Shown here: piece by piece, positions 55,815 through 64,000 of the stretch
Layout of the letters: each line of letters opens with the position of its first letter
Position numbering within the stretch: position 1 is the stretch's first letter
Assembly: GCA_009995545.1 (NCBI GenBank)
Contig: JAACPI010000005.1
Location: forward strand, 28,244 to 92,243
Direction: 5' to 3'
DNA length: 64,000 nucleotides
Source: a bacterium
GTDB taxonomy: Bacteria > Patescibacteriota > WWE3 > 2-01-FULL-39-13 > JAACPI01
Translations under genes and position numbers: made by a program
Notes under the pieces: generated by a model
What the model was told of the DNA's origin: nothing
The model's database searches: none
Seen by the model: only the letters and a program-made list of their open reading frames with translations

Positions 55815-56828
55815 ATGCAAAAGTTTCATAATATTAGCGGCCTGAAGAACTTGGCCAAAGAGCTAAAAGGTAACGAAAATATTTATTTAGGCATAAGGCC
55901 GTACGGTTTTCATTCTGGAAACGCATTGGTACTGTACGTGTACCCTCTCTTGTTGATGAAAGAGATGAAAAAGCTGGGTATTGAGCCGAAACTCAACTTT
56001 TTTGTTTTCATAAATGATTATGAGCAGGCCAAGCTAGATGGGCCAGACTTACTTAATCGCCCATTTAATGTCCACCCTAAATGCACTACACTTCAACAAA
56101 AAATGTGTGTTGAGTTTCCAGACATCCCCTTGGTAGATTATTGGCAAAGGGTAATAGAGTTTTATGTTAAGTTATTGTTGAACACTTTCCCAAAAATTAA
56201 TATAAAATTCGTGAGAAATTCTGAAATGAAAAATTACGATGTATTTAAATCTGCCTTGATTAAAACGATAAAGAATCCTGAGGAATTAGCCAAAATTTTT
56301 AAAAAATACTCTAAATGGAAAGTGCCTAGTCAATATGCTCTCTATGCTTCCGCTGTTTGTCCTAAATGTAGGATGGCTAGGGGATTTACCGAGATTACTT
56401 CTAAAGGCAATGTTACCTTTCAGTGTTCAGTGTGTGGATCAAAACATCTTAGTCACTACGAGGATTTTGATTATTGGTTTTACCACAAACCTTTAGCCGT
56501 TCCCAGAATAGAGTCTTTTAAGATCGATTTATGTATTACTGGATCTGATCATCACGAGGAGGGAGATTTCGAGATAAGGAAGGCGTTAATGGACTACTTT
56601 AATGCAAAGGTACCCTACCCCAAAACACTATATACACCTACTGTTTTCTTAGGGGGTAGAAAAATGGGTAAGAGCAAAGGAAATGCCTATACTATTAAAA
56701 TGAGTAGATTAGAGAAAGTTGCTTCTAAGGTTGATGTAGACTTTTTACACCTAGATGGGGAAGTTAAAAGGGATAAATTTTTACAATACATAAACAATGG
56801 TTACAATAAAAATGATGGAAAACAGTAA
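55815..56828 (+). CDS. class I aminoacyl-tRNA-synthetase-like paralog (TrpRS/TyrRS-like core) with inserted C4 zinc ribbon
   Basis: HIGH-like IYLGIRPYGFHSGNALV near the N-terminus and KMSKS-like GGRKMGKSKGN near residue 290. CPKC...CSVC is inserted between them. At 337 aa there is no anticodon-binding domain to speak of. Confidence 0.45.
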   Translation: MQKFHNISGLKNLAKELKGNENIYLGIRPYGFHSGNALVLYVYPLLLMKEMKKLGIEPKLNFFVFINDYEQAKLDGPDLLNRPFNVHPKCTTLQQKMCVEFPDIPLVDYWQRVIEFYVKLLLNTFPKINIKFVRNSEMKNYDVFKSALIKTIKNPEELAKIFKKYSKWKVPSQYALYASAVCPKCRMARGFTEITSKGNVTFQCSVCGSKHLSHYEDFDYWFYHKPLAVPRIESFKIDLCITGSDHHEEGDFEIRKALMDYFNAKVPYPKTLYTPTVFLGGRKMGKSKGNAYTIKMSRLEKVASKVDVDFLHLDGEVKRDKFLQYINNGYNKNDGKQ

Positions 56829-57933
56829 AACCTTTGTTTTTTTTTCTAACCCTTTTGGGTTTGGAACGGTAGGGACAATGCTTGCAGTTTTAGAGGAATT
56901 TCTAGAAAACGGGGAGAAAAGAATTATATACGTTGCGGATGAGACTACTTTGGAGCCTTTTGGGAGTAATCGGGGGGTAAAAATTATTAGATCCGATCAA
57001 CGAGATTTAGACAAAATAAAAGAAATCTTGAAAAACATAAAAAACCCAGTTGTGATTTCTTCACAGAATAGGTTCGCCTTAAAAGCGGCAAAAGATCTGC
57101 AGATTCCAAACGCATTTATTGATACTTTAACCTGGTTCTGGGAGGCTATACCCGAGTGGTATTACGACGCAGATTTATATTTTACCCATAATATGCCTAA
57201 AACTAAATCCAAGATAAAGATTTTAAAAAAAGCATACGTAGTACCGGGAATTTTTGGAGAGGGGCTGCCTAGTGTAAGTAAAAAAAGTGATTTAGTAATG
57301 TATGTTGGAGGCAGTGTAAATCCTTTAGTCAAAGGTATTCCTAAAGACTATCTTAGCCTGCTGTGTTTAGCCTTAGATAGATTAGGTAGCTGTGGAGAAA
57401 GAATTACCGTTTTTTCTGATAAAGCATCAGTAAAATTCATGGGTAAAACGATAAAGAATCCCTTAGTGAGGATTGAAAATTTACCAAGAAAAGAATTTTT
57501 AGATAGGGTAAATAAGTCGAAATCTTTTTGTGCTACAGGCGGTTTGACTGCGACAATGGAGTCCTTTAAGCTGGGAACTTATGTTTCCTTCCTCCCTTCT
57601 ACAAACCTTAGTCAATTGGGGTTAAAAGACTTACTCGTAAACAGGGGAGTTATCAAAAATTCTTTTGAGAGAGACGAAGTTTCTAGTAAGTTTAGTATAC
57701 CTAAAAAAATTTCCGAAAAAGAAGCAATATCTAGATTCAGAGAGATGGATAGGGAAATACTTCAAAACGACCAATACAGGAAGAGCTTTGTCGAAAAATT
57801 AGAGGATTTAATTAAAAATTCCTTTAAAATAGATAGCAATGTTCTTAATTCGCAGACTGACTTTATTACCCGTGTTGGTACTAGCGGTGCTAAAGAAATA
57901 TACGGAATTTTAAAAAAAGAGTGGGGCTTTTAG
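56797..57933 (+). CDS. GT-B fold protein, MurG/PseG (GT28)-like
   Basis: C-terminal domain motif FCATGGLTATMESFKLGTYVSFLPSTNLSQ resembles the GT1/GT28 donor-binding motif (HGGxGTxxEa...P....DQ). Confidence 0.4.
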   Translation: MVTIKMMENSKTFVFFSNPFGFGTVGTMLAVLEEFLENGEKRIIYVADETTLEPFGSNRGVKIIRSDQRDLDKIKEILKNIKNPVVISSQNRFALKAAKDLQIPNAFIDTLTWFWEAIPEWYYDADLYFTHNMPKTKSKIKILKKAYVVPGIFGEGLPSVSKKSDLVMYVGGSVNPLVKGIPKDYLSLLCLALDRLGSCGERITVFSDKASVKFMGKTIKNPLVRIENLPRKEFLDRVNKSKSFCATGGLTATMESFKLGTYVSFLPSTNLSQLGLKDLLVNRGVIKNSFERDEVSSKFSIPKKISEKEAISRFREMDREILQNDQYRKSFVEKLEDLIKNSFKIDSNVLNSQTDFITRVGTSGAKEIYGILKKEWGF

Positions 57934-57941
57934 GTCTCTAC

Positions 57942-59141
57942 TCAATCCGTTAGTATATTATAGATTTTCTCAGTATCTCCCGACCATTTTTGTGGTACAA
58001 CCTTCTTTAATGGGTTTCCAGATTCGTTGTAGATTTTTAGGTATTGCCCCGCAATATTTTGCCAGGAGAAGTTGTTTGACCACTTTTTGCCTACTTTTAT
58101 TATTTGTGTTCTTTTGTCAGGATTATCCAGTATTTTTAGCATAATTTTGGTGAGATCTTTTTCATTTTCGCTTTTGAATAAAAGCCCCGTATTGTCATTT
58201 ATAATATATTCGGGAATACCCCCTGTATTACTGCCTACAGGCAGAGTTCCACAGGCACTAGCTTCTATGTTTACAAGACCGCCCCCTTCTTGTCTTGAGG
58301 GACACACATGTGCAATAGACCCTTTCATTATGGAAAGGGCTTTTTTATGTTCAATGTATCCTAAAAACTTTACTTTGTTCTGAATATTTAACTTGTTTGC
58401 AAGATTTTCTAAGTTCTGTCTTTCAGGTCCGTCCCCTGCAATTATTAAATTGGTATTTGGGTGCTGTTTTAAAACCTGGAAAAAGGCTCTTAGTAAAATA
58501 TCTACACCTTTCTCGTAGTCTAATCTTCGAACAGTGCAAAAATAAGGGTTTTTGCACCTATATTGTTTTGTTTTTTTAATCTCCTCGACGTTAATACCGC
58601 CGTAGACTAACTTAACACTTATGTTTTTACTAATGTTTCTCTTTACTAAGCTTGATAAGCTACGGGAGAAGGAGATGTGCTCGTCAGCAAACATTAAGGC
58701 TGGTTTTACGGTATCTTTTCCCTCATTCCATACCTCTATGCTGTCCTGACTGTGCTCGTCTGGTAAATCTCCGCCAGCGTAGTTTGCAATAAAAGGTACC
58801 CCCCATTTTTTAGCCAATGATAAAGAGATAATAGGCATGGGTCTTCTGACTCCAATTAGATGTACCACGTCTGCCCTAATTTCCGATTCTATTGAATCCA
58901 AAAATTCCCTAGTCTTTTTAAAATCTTCAGCTATTTTAGGCCGATCTATTCGGTAGATCTTCGTTTCATTGTAGACGTCCTTTTCAGACAAATAAGAGGG
59001 GAATTTTTTAGTTAAGATAACAGTTTTGATCCCTCTTTTTTTATATTCCTCAATTAATTGTTCTATAACTGTTTCTATGCCTCCTACATTGGGTTTGTAC
59101 ACAGAGCAAATGATTAACACCTTTTTGATTTTATTTTGCAT
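57942..59141 (-). CDS. glycosyltransferase family 4 (GT-B, retaining)
   Basis: Glycos_transf_1 C-terminal motif PSRQEGGGLVNIEASACGTLPVGSNTGGIPE (E-x7-E). Confidence 0.7.
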   Translation of the reverse strand: MQNKIKKVLIICSVYKPNVGGIETVIEQLIEEYKKRGIKTVILTKKFPSYLSEKDVYNETKIYRIDRPKIAEDFKKTREFLDSIESEIRADVVHLIGVRRPMPIISLSLAKKWGVPFIANYAGGDLPDEHSQDSIEVWNEGKDTVKPALMFADEHISFSRSLSSLVKRNISKNISVKLVYGGINVEEIKKTKQYRCKNPYFCTVRRLDYEKGVDILLRAFFQVLKQHPNTNLIIAGDGPERQNLENLANKLNIQNKVKFLGYIEHKKALSIMKGSIAHVCPSRQEGGGLVNIEASACGTLPVGSNTGGIPEYIINDNTGLLFKSENEKDLTKIMLKILDNPDKRTQIIKVGKKWSNNFSWQNIAGQYLKIYNESGNPLKKVVPQKWSGDTEKIYNILTD

Positions 59142-59147
59142 AGCAAT

Positions 59148-60035
59148 TTATAGGCAATTAAAAGGTTTAATAATCCACATACTTTCAGTTTCTTCAGACC
59201 TGTCTTTTTCCATCTCTGTAAGTAGTTCTTCGCAGATCTTTTCACCAGAACCGGACCCCGTAAATATTATGTCTATTTTTTTAGTGGTTTCTTGGCTTAT
59301 AGTTTTTTTGGCAAGTTCGTAAATATTGTACTCGGGCATTTTTAGCACAAATATTTCTCCACCCTTCATAGTTACTGCCGCGGTAATTACTAGGGACACA
59401 GCGTCTTTTATTTCCATAAAAAATCTTTTCATCCTCTTGTCTGTAACCGTCACAGGCCCGCCCAACTTTATTTGCTGTCTCCACTTAGGTAAAAGGGATC
59501 CTCTAGAGTTTAAAACGTTACCAAATCTAACAACAGCAACCTTGGTATTACATTGGGGGTTATTGATGGAGTATTTTATTAACAAGTGTTCCATTATAAG
59601 CTTTGTTGAACCCATGACAGATGTAGGATTTACTGCCTTGTCTGTAGATATCGCTATAACTTTGGGAACATTATTCACAGAACAGGCATTAATAATGTTT
59701 AGGGCACCGATCACATTAGTTTTTATAGCTTCCTCCGGGTTTTTTTCTGCGAAATAAACGTGCTTTATAGCGGCTGCATGGAATACAATGTCGATATTTT
59801 TAGTAACCCGTTCTAACTTTTCGTAATCTCTCACATCTCCCAGGCAGTATCTGATATTTATTTTGGGAAAATCTCTATCCATTTCCTGCTTTAACAAAAA
59901 ATGTTTATATTCATCTCTAGCATAAGCAGTTATCTGCATAGGTCCCATTGAAGCTAGTTGTTTTACTAATTGCGTACCAATAGACCCTGTCCCCCCAGTT
60001 ACTAATATTTGTTTGTTCGTAATTAAATTTTTCAT
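59148..60035 (-). CDS. UDP-GlcNAc 4,6-dehydratase-like short-chain dehydrogenase (PseB/CapD/FlaA1 family)
   Basis: ILVTGGTGSIG Rossmann motif, ARDEYK, GDVRD, FHAAAIKHV and STDKAVNPTSVMGSTK (catalytic K) follow the PseB/CapD pattern. Confidence 0.65.
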   Translation of the reverse strand: MKNLITNKQILVTGGTGSIGTQLVKQLASMGPMQITAYARDEYKHFLLKQEMDRDFPKINIRYCLGDVRDYEKLERVTKNIDIVFHAAAIKHVYFAEKNPEEAIKTNVIGALNIINACSVNNVPKVIAISTDKAVNPTSVMGSTKLIMEHLLIKYSINNPQCNTKVAVVRFGNVLNSRGSLLPKWRQQIKLGGPVTVTDKRMKRFFMEIKDAVSLVITAAVTMKGGEIFVLKMPEYNIYELAKKTISQETTKKIDIIFTGSGSGEKICEELLTEMEKDRSEETESMWIIKPFNCL

Positions 60036-61141
60036 AATAAACTCTTCAAGGTATTAGTGATCTCCACGATGTCCTTTTCCTTTAATCCTATATAAAAAGG
60101 CAGTGCTAGGGTTTTAGCAGAAATTTTTTCACATATTGGGAAGTCACCTTTTTTGTATCCAAACTTTTTTTTCATAAAAGGCTGTAAATGTATAGATGGT
60201 AGATAGGGTTTAGAGTGTATCCCTCTCTCTGATAGTTCTACAATAAGGTTATTTCTAATATTTTTTGGAACTTGTATAACATAGACAAACCAAGAATATT
60301 TACCATCTTTGCAGGATAGTGGGGGAGTAGTAATGTTTTGAGTACCCTCCAAATATTTATTATAGTAACCCGCTATTCTAGCCTTCTCAAAGTTCATCCA
60401 TTCAAATTTGTCCATCTGAGTGCTGCCAAGAGAAGCACTCATATCATCCATCCTATAGTTATAGCCAAGTCTAGAGTGTTTTAGCCATTGCATATTTATC
60501 CCTCTACCTTGATTTTTTAAACTGTCAATTAAGTTTTTACGGTCTCTATTATTTGTAATTACTATGCCTCCTTCTCCTGTGGTAATTTGTTTATTTGGAT
60601 AAAAGGCGATTACTCCAAAATCCCCTAATGTTCCTACATGTCTATTTTTATAATATGTTCCCAAACTTTCACACGCATCTTCGATAACCTTTAAATTATA
60701 CTTTTTGGCTATTTTCTGAATTTCGTCAATTTTAGCTGGTCTGCCAAAAATGTGGACAACTAGTATCGCCCTGGTCTTTTTTGTAATAGCTTTTTCTATC
60801 TTAGAAACGTCTATATTAAAATCTATGGGATCCACGTCGACAAATACAGGTATTGCTTTTTCAAATAGGATTGCATTACTGGAGGCTATGAAAGAAAAGG
60901 GTGTAGTTATTACTTCCTCTCCTTCTCTAATGTTTAAAGCTTTTAGTGCTAAATGCAGCCCAGCAGTACCGCTTGAAACTGTAGAAGCATATTTAGCTCC
61001 TGTGTACTTACACATCTTCTCTTCAAAAAGTTTGCTTTTGGGTCCCATACCTAGAATTCCAGAATTCAAAACATCGATTACCCCATCTATATCTTTCTTA
61101 TCTAAGTAAGGTTTAGCTAGTGGGTAATTAAATTTCGTCAT
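60032..61141 (-). CDS. DegT/DnrJ/EryC1/StrS-family PLP-dependent sugar aminotransferase
   Basis: GTLGDFGVIAFYPNKQITTGEGGIVITN contains the PLP-lysine region typical of DegT enzymes. Confidence 0.75.
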   Translation of the reverse strand: MTKFNYPLAKPYLDKKDIDGVIDVLNSGILGMGPKSKLFEEKMCKYTGAKYASTVSSGTAGLHLALKALNIREGEEVITTPFSFIASSNAILFEKAIPVFVDVDPIDFNIDVSKIEKAITKKTRAILVVHIFGRPAKIDEIQKIAKKYNLKVIEDACESLGTYYKNRHVGTLGDFGVIAFYPNKQITTGEGGIVITNNRDRKNLIDSLKNQGRGINMQWLKHSRLGYNYRMDDMSASLGSTQMDKFEWMNFEKARIAGYYNKYLEGTQNITTPPLSCKDGKYSWFVYVIQVPKNIRNNLIVELSERGIHSKPYLPSIHLQPFMKKKFGYKKGDFPICEKISAKTLALPFYIGLKEKDIVEITNTLKSLL

Positions 61142-61811
61142 AAGACTTAACTAATTTAAAACTTTCGGCATATTTATAGCCAGATTCCAGCCCTCTATAT
61201 TTAGCGAAAACCTCAATCCCCTCTAAACTTCTAGGGTGGGGGTACCTTCGGATTTCGGTTTCATACAAAGAGAACGATCTTTTTTTATCTTCAATATACT
61301 TTTCTATATTTATATAGGTGTTTGGTTTAAAGGAATTATGTAATGACCATTCCGAGGAGGAAGGTACCTCATATTCAAAAATCTTGGATAGATATTTTTT
61401 TCCGGGTCTAGATATTACTTCTAAGGAACGGTTAACTATACTGTGGTCTAAATTTACATCGGTGTTCGTATGGGTAAAAACTATGTTTGGTTGTAGGGTT
61501 TTAAAAACATCCTCTATAACCTTGTTTAAATCTACATGGTCAACCTTTTCTAATCTCATGTCTGGCTGGTCTAAAAAAATAACTTCTTTAACCCCGAGAA
61601 CCTTGTTAGCCGCCCTACACTCATCTATTTTTTTGCTGTATTTTATAGTATCTCCCGCATATTGAGCTGTAGAACCTTCTGTAACTATGCAAACAAAAAC
61701 TTCATTTTCGTTTTCAGAAAGTAATTTCATAGTGCCTCCACACCCCAGGATCTCGTCGTCGGGATGTGCCGCAACTACTAGTATTTTTTGTTTAGAAAAC
61801 ATCTTTTTCAT
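61128..61811 (-). CDS. PIG-L/LmbE-family N-acetyl-sugar deacetylase
   Basis: Zinc-binding motif VVAAHPDDEILGCGG at the N-terminus. Confidence 0.7.
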   Translation of the reverse strand: MKKMFSKQKILVVAAHPDDEILGCGGTMKLLSENENEVFVCIVTEGSTAQYAGDTIKYSKKIDECRAANKVLGVKEVIFLDQPDMRLEKVDHVDLNKVIEDVFKTLQPNIVFTHTNTDVNLDHSIVNRSLEVISRPGKKYLSKIFEYEVPSSSEWSLHNSFKPNTYINIEKYIEDKKRSFSLYETEIRRYPHPRSLEGIEVFAKYRGLESGYKYAESFKLVKSYDEI

Positions 61812-62745
61812 TTAATTGGTGCCCTTGTTTGAAAGCTTTAGTTATATCCACTTCTAACCCATCACTAAAGATTTTTGACAAGTATAGTAATTTATTATTA
61901 GAAACAATCCCTAAATGTTTTTTGCTAACGCTAACTATCTGGCCATTTCTACCAGAGAAAAAAGGAACATTGTCTTTTATCACTACAGATTTAAATGTAT
62001 ACTTTTGGTCCTCATAAAAAAAGTATGCAAGTGGGTATATATCTGTAACGGCTCTAACCTGGTTTAGTATATGTTGTGAGTCTTTATTAAAGTTAACATA
62101 ACTATCCCTGGGTTCCCTCTTTAATAAATATGTAGCATTTTTTGAATACTGTGGTTTTGCATATTCTTTTGCGGTGCCAGAAGAGATATCGTCAAAGTAC
62201 TTTAAAAATAGTTCAGCCCCAAACTTTGATATCTTTTCGTAATAGGATGAGGCATTGTCCTCCGGTTCTATTTTGAATTTTTTTTGGGTTATGATCGGTC
62301 CATCATCAACCTCGGCGTTTAAATAGAAGATGGTTATACCCCCGTATTCTTCATTGTTAATAAAATGCCAAGGTATTGGAGCCCTCCCCCTATTTTTAGG
62401 GAGTAGTGCTGGGTGTGAACCAACGCATCCCTTCTTAGAGCTTTGAAGTATTTCCTTGGTCAGAATCTGAGACCAACCATTTACGATCAGTATGTTTGGT
62501 CTTTCTTCTATAAACTGGTTTTTCAGGCTGTTTATATTTTTAGTATATATGACTTTAAGGCAATATTCTTTAGCTAGGGGTGTAAAGTCAGTATAGTCGG
62601 ATATTTCCCCAGAACCCTCTTTAGGGCGGGTTATCACCACGTCCACTTTTTTGCGATGCTTTAATAAACTCTCTAATGCAAGATACCCATCCTTTGTCAT
62701 AGATAAATATACATTTTTGTCTTTAAGAGATGTACAATTGATCAT
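61792..62745 (-). CDS. sugar N-formyltransferase (Fmt/ArnA-N-like)
   Basis: HPALLPKNRG and the downstream Asp (GITIFYLNAEVDDGPII) match the formyl-transferase catalytic SLLP/His/Asp triad region. Confidence 0.6.
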   Translation of the reverse strand: MINCTSLKDKNVYLSMTKDGYLALESLLKHRKKVDVVITRPKEGSGEISDYTDFTPLAKEYCLKVIYTKNINSLKNQFIEERPNILIVNGWSQILTKEILQSSKKGCVGSHPALLPKNRGRAPIPWHFINNEEYGGITIFYLNAEVDDGPIITQKKFKIEPEDNASSYYEKISKFGAELFLKYFDDISSGTAKEYAKPQYSKNATYLLKREPRDSYVNFNKDSQHILNQVRAVTDIYPLAYFFYEDQKYTFKSVVIKDNVPFFSGRNGQIVSVSKKHLGIVSNNKLLYLSKIFSDGLEVDITKAFKQGHQLNEKDVF

Positions 62746-62821
62746 ATTAACAATGCTTTTTGACCCCTGGCATTTAACACAGTATACTACTACATATTGA
62801 ATATGTAAAATAACTTTTTTT

Positions 62822-63559
62822 ATGAAAACAAAATCACAAGAATTATACGACAGTTTTGCACCGTACTACAGAAATTATTCAAAAAAGAAGCATTGTTATT
62901 TGGATTCTGTGGATAGTCTAGTTGTTGAAGAGATACGTAGTTTTTCCAAAACGGGGATTAAATGGCTAGATGTAGGGACGGGAGATGGTGTAAGAATAAA
63001 AGAACTACTAAAAAGGCTACCTAAAAAGAGTTGTAAAGTAGATCTGGTAGAGAATAGTGTAGAAATGGCTAAAACCTGTGAAGAGAACTTTAAGAAGCCC
63101 CATTTATTGGATATTTCCTCATCCGACTTGGCCGGGATCGATAGTAGTTACGATGTAATAACCTGTTTATGGAATGTATTTGGGCACATAGACCCGGAAG
63201 TTAACAGGGCTAGTGCATTAAAGAATCTAGCATCCCTGCTGGGGCCAACTGGGAAGATACTTATAGACGTAAGTAACAGATATAACCTAGAAAATTATGG
63301 AGAGAGTAATTTTACAGCCAACATAGAGGAGGATATTAAAAGTCCCAGTCCTAAAAATGGCGATATTTATTACCCTATTTCAGTAAGTGGTAAAACAATC
63401 GATTCTTTTTGTCATTTTTTTAGCCCCTTTGAGATAAAGGAACTTTTTTTAAAGGTGAATTTAAAAATAAAAAAGGAATTGTACATAAACTACGATACAG
63501 GTAAACTGGAAAAAACTTGGTTGAGAGGGCACTTATTCTTTGTACTGCAGCGGGGATAA
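62822..63559 (+). CDS. class I SAM-dependent methyltransferase
   Basis: Motif I WLDVGTGDGVRIKEL; divergent from the sugar genes. Confidence 0.55.
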   Translation: MKTKSQELYDSFAPYYRNYSKKKHCYLDSVDSLVVEEIRSFSKTGIKWLDVGTGDGVRIKELLKRLPKKSCKVDLVENSVEMAKTCEENFKKPHLLDISSSDLAGIDSSYDVITCLWNVFGHIDPEVNRASALKNLASLLGPTGKILIDVSNRYNLENYGESNFTANIEEDIKSPSPKNGDIYYPISVSGKTIDSFCHFFSPFEIKELFLKVNLKIKKELYINYDTGKLEKTWLRGHLFFVLQRG

Positions 63560-64000
63560 GTTTTGGGAGAAGATCATAGATTATTTTCGTACCTACTCTA
63601 CTATGGAATTTTTGCATTTTAAAACAATATTGCCGTTGTATATTTTTATTAAACCACTACTTTTGTGGCTATCTAGCTACTCATTACTAGTCACTTGTTA
63701 TTACAAAACCCTTGACAAAAGTAAATCTGTCTGTTATATTAATGCCTAATTTGGGGATGTATCAGAAATCGCCTAATAGAAGCACATTAAAAAGCAAGCA
63801 GAGCAGAACTAACTCTTAAAACTTGATCAAACAATAAATGCTAATAATAAAGCTAAACTTCCTGTAGTTAACGCAAACGCTTTGGTTTTTGCCTAAACTT
63901 ACGGAAGCCTTACTCCTTCTTTTTAGCGAGGGTTTAAGATTTATATTGCTAAAATAATTTAAAAAGCCCGATTAGTGACTTTTTACTTTAAACTTAAACT

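Noticed and set aside
58072-58579. Plus-strand ORFs (103 and 60 aa) inside the GT4 gene
   Set aside because: They are antisense to a well-supported glycosyltransferase gene.
1-64000. CRISPR arrays, rRNA genes, transposases or integrases
   Set aside because: No regularly spaced direct repeats, no rRNA-like conserved blocks, and no DDE or tyrosine-recombinase motifs were seen in any ORF.

Overview
This is a 64-kb low-GC (roughly one-third G+C) bacterial chromosomal window with a reduced-genome, Patescibacteria/CPR-like gene content. That is inferred from DUF4012, SpoIID, short aminoacyl-tRNA synthetases and VirB2-like pilins. It spans the replication origin: rpmH-rnpA-yidD-yidC-jag(khpB)-dnaN lie on the minus strand, dnaA is divergent, and DnaA-box clusters flank dnaA.

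Upstream of the origin (15.7-31.6 kb) is a type IV secretion-like cluster. It holds four tandem VirB2/TrbC-like pilin paralogs, a 1189-aa secreted cysteine-rich protein, an 1116-aa membrane protein ending in an M23 peptidase, a VirB6-like polytopic protein and a VirB4-like ATPase. No coupling protein or relaxase was seen.

Between 5.46 and 6.76 kb there is a small GC-rich (about 50% versus 33%) two-gene island abutting a tRNA-Asn(GTT) gene. It encodes a SAM-like plus double-zinc-ribbon protein and a repeat protein, and is the best candidate for a horizontally acquired, uncharacterised module.

The right end (55.4-63.6 kb) is a nucleotide-sugar modification cluster with a PseB-like dehydratase, DegT aminotransferase, sugar N-formyltransferase, PIG-L deacetylase, GT4 and GT28-like transferases and methyltransferases. 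It is preceded by a class I aminoacyl-tRNA-synthetase-like paralog carrying a zinc ribbon. Housekeeping genes make up most of the remainder: smpB, tsaD, valS (preceded by a T-box leader), rplY, purF, murT/gatD, two ABC-F ATPases (one with atypically high GC), a NUDIX hydrolase and a THEP1-like NTPase.

Two intergenic homopolymeric G tracts, a strong hairpin terminator at the island border and an intrinsic terminator after the second pilin gene were also seen. No CRISPR array, rRNA, transposase or integrase was found. All calls rest on motif recognition by eye with no database searches, so product names are hypotheses of varying strength.
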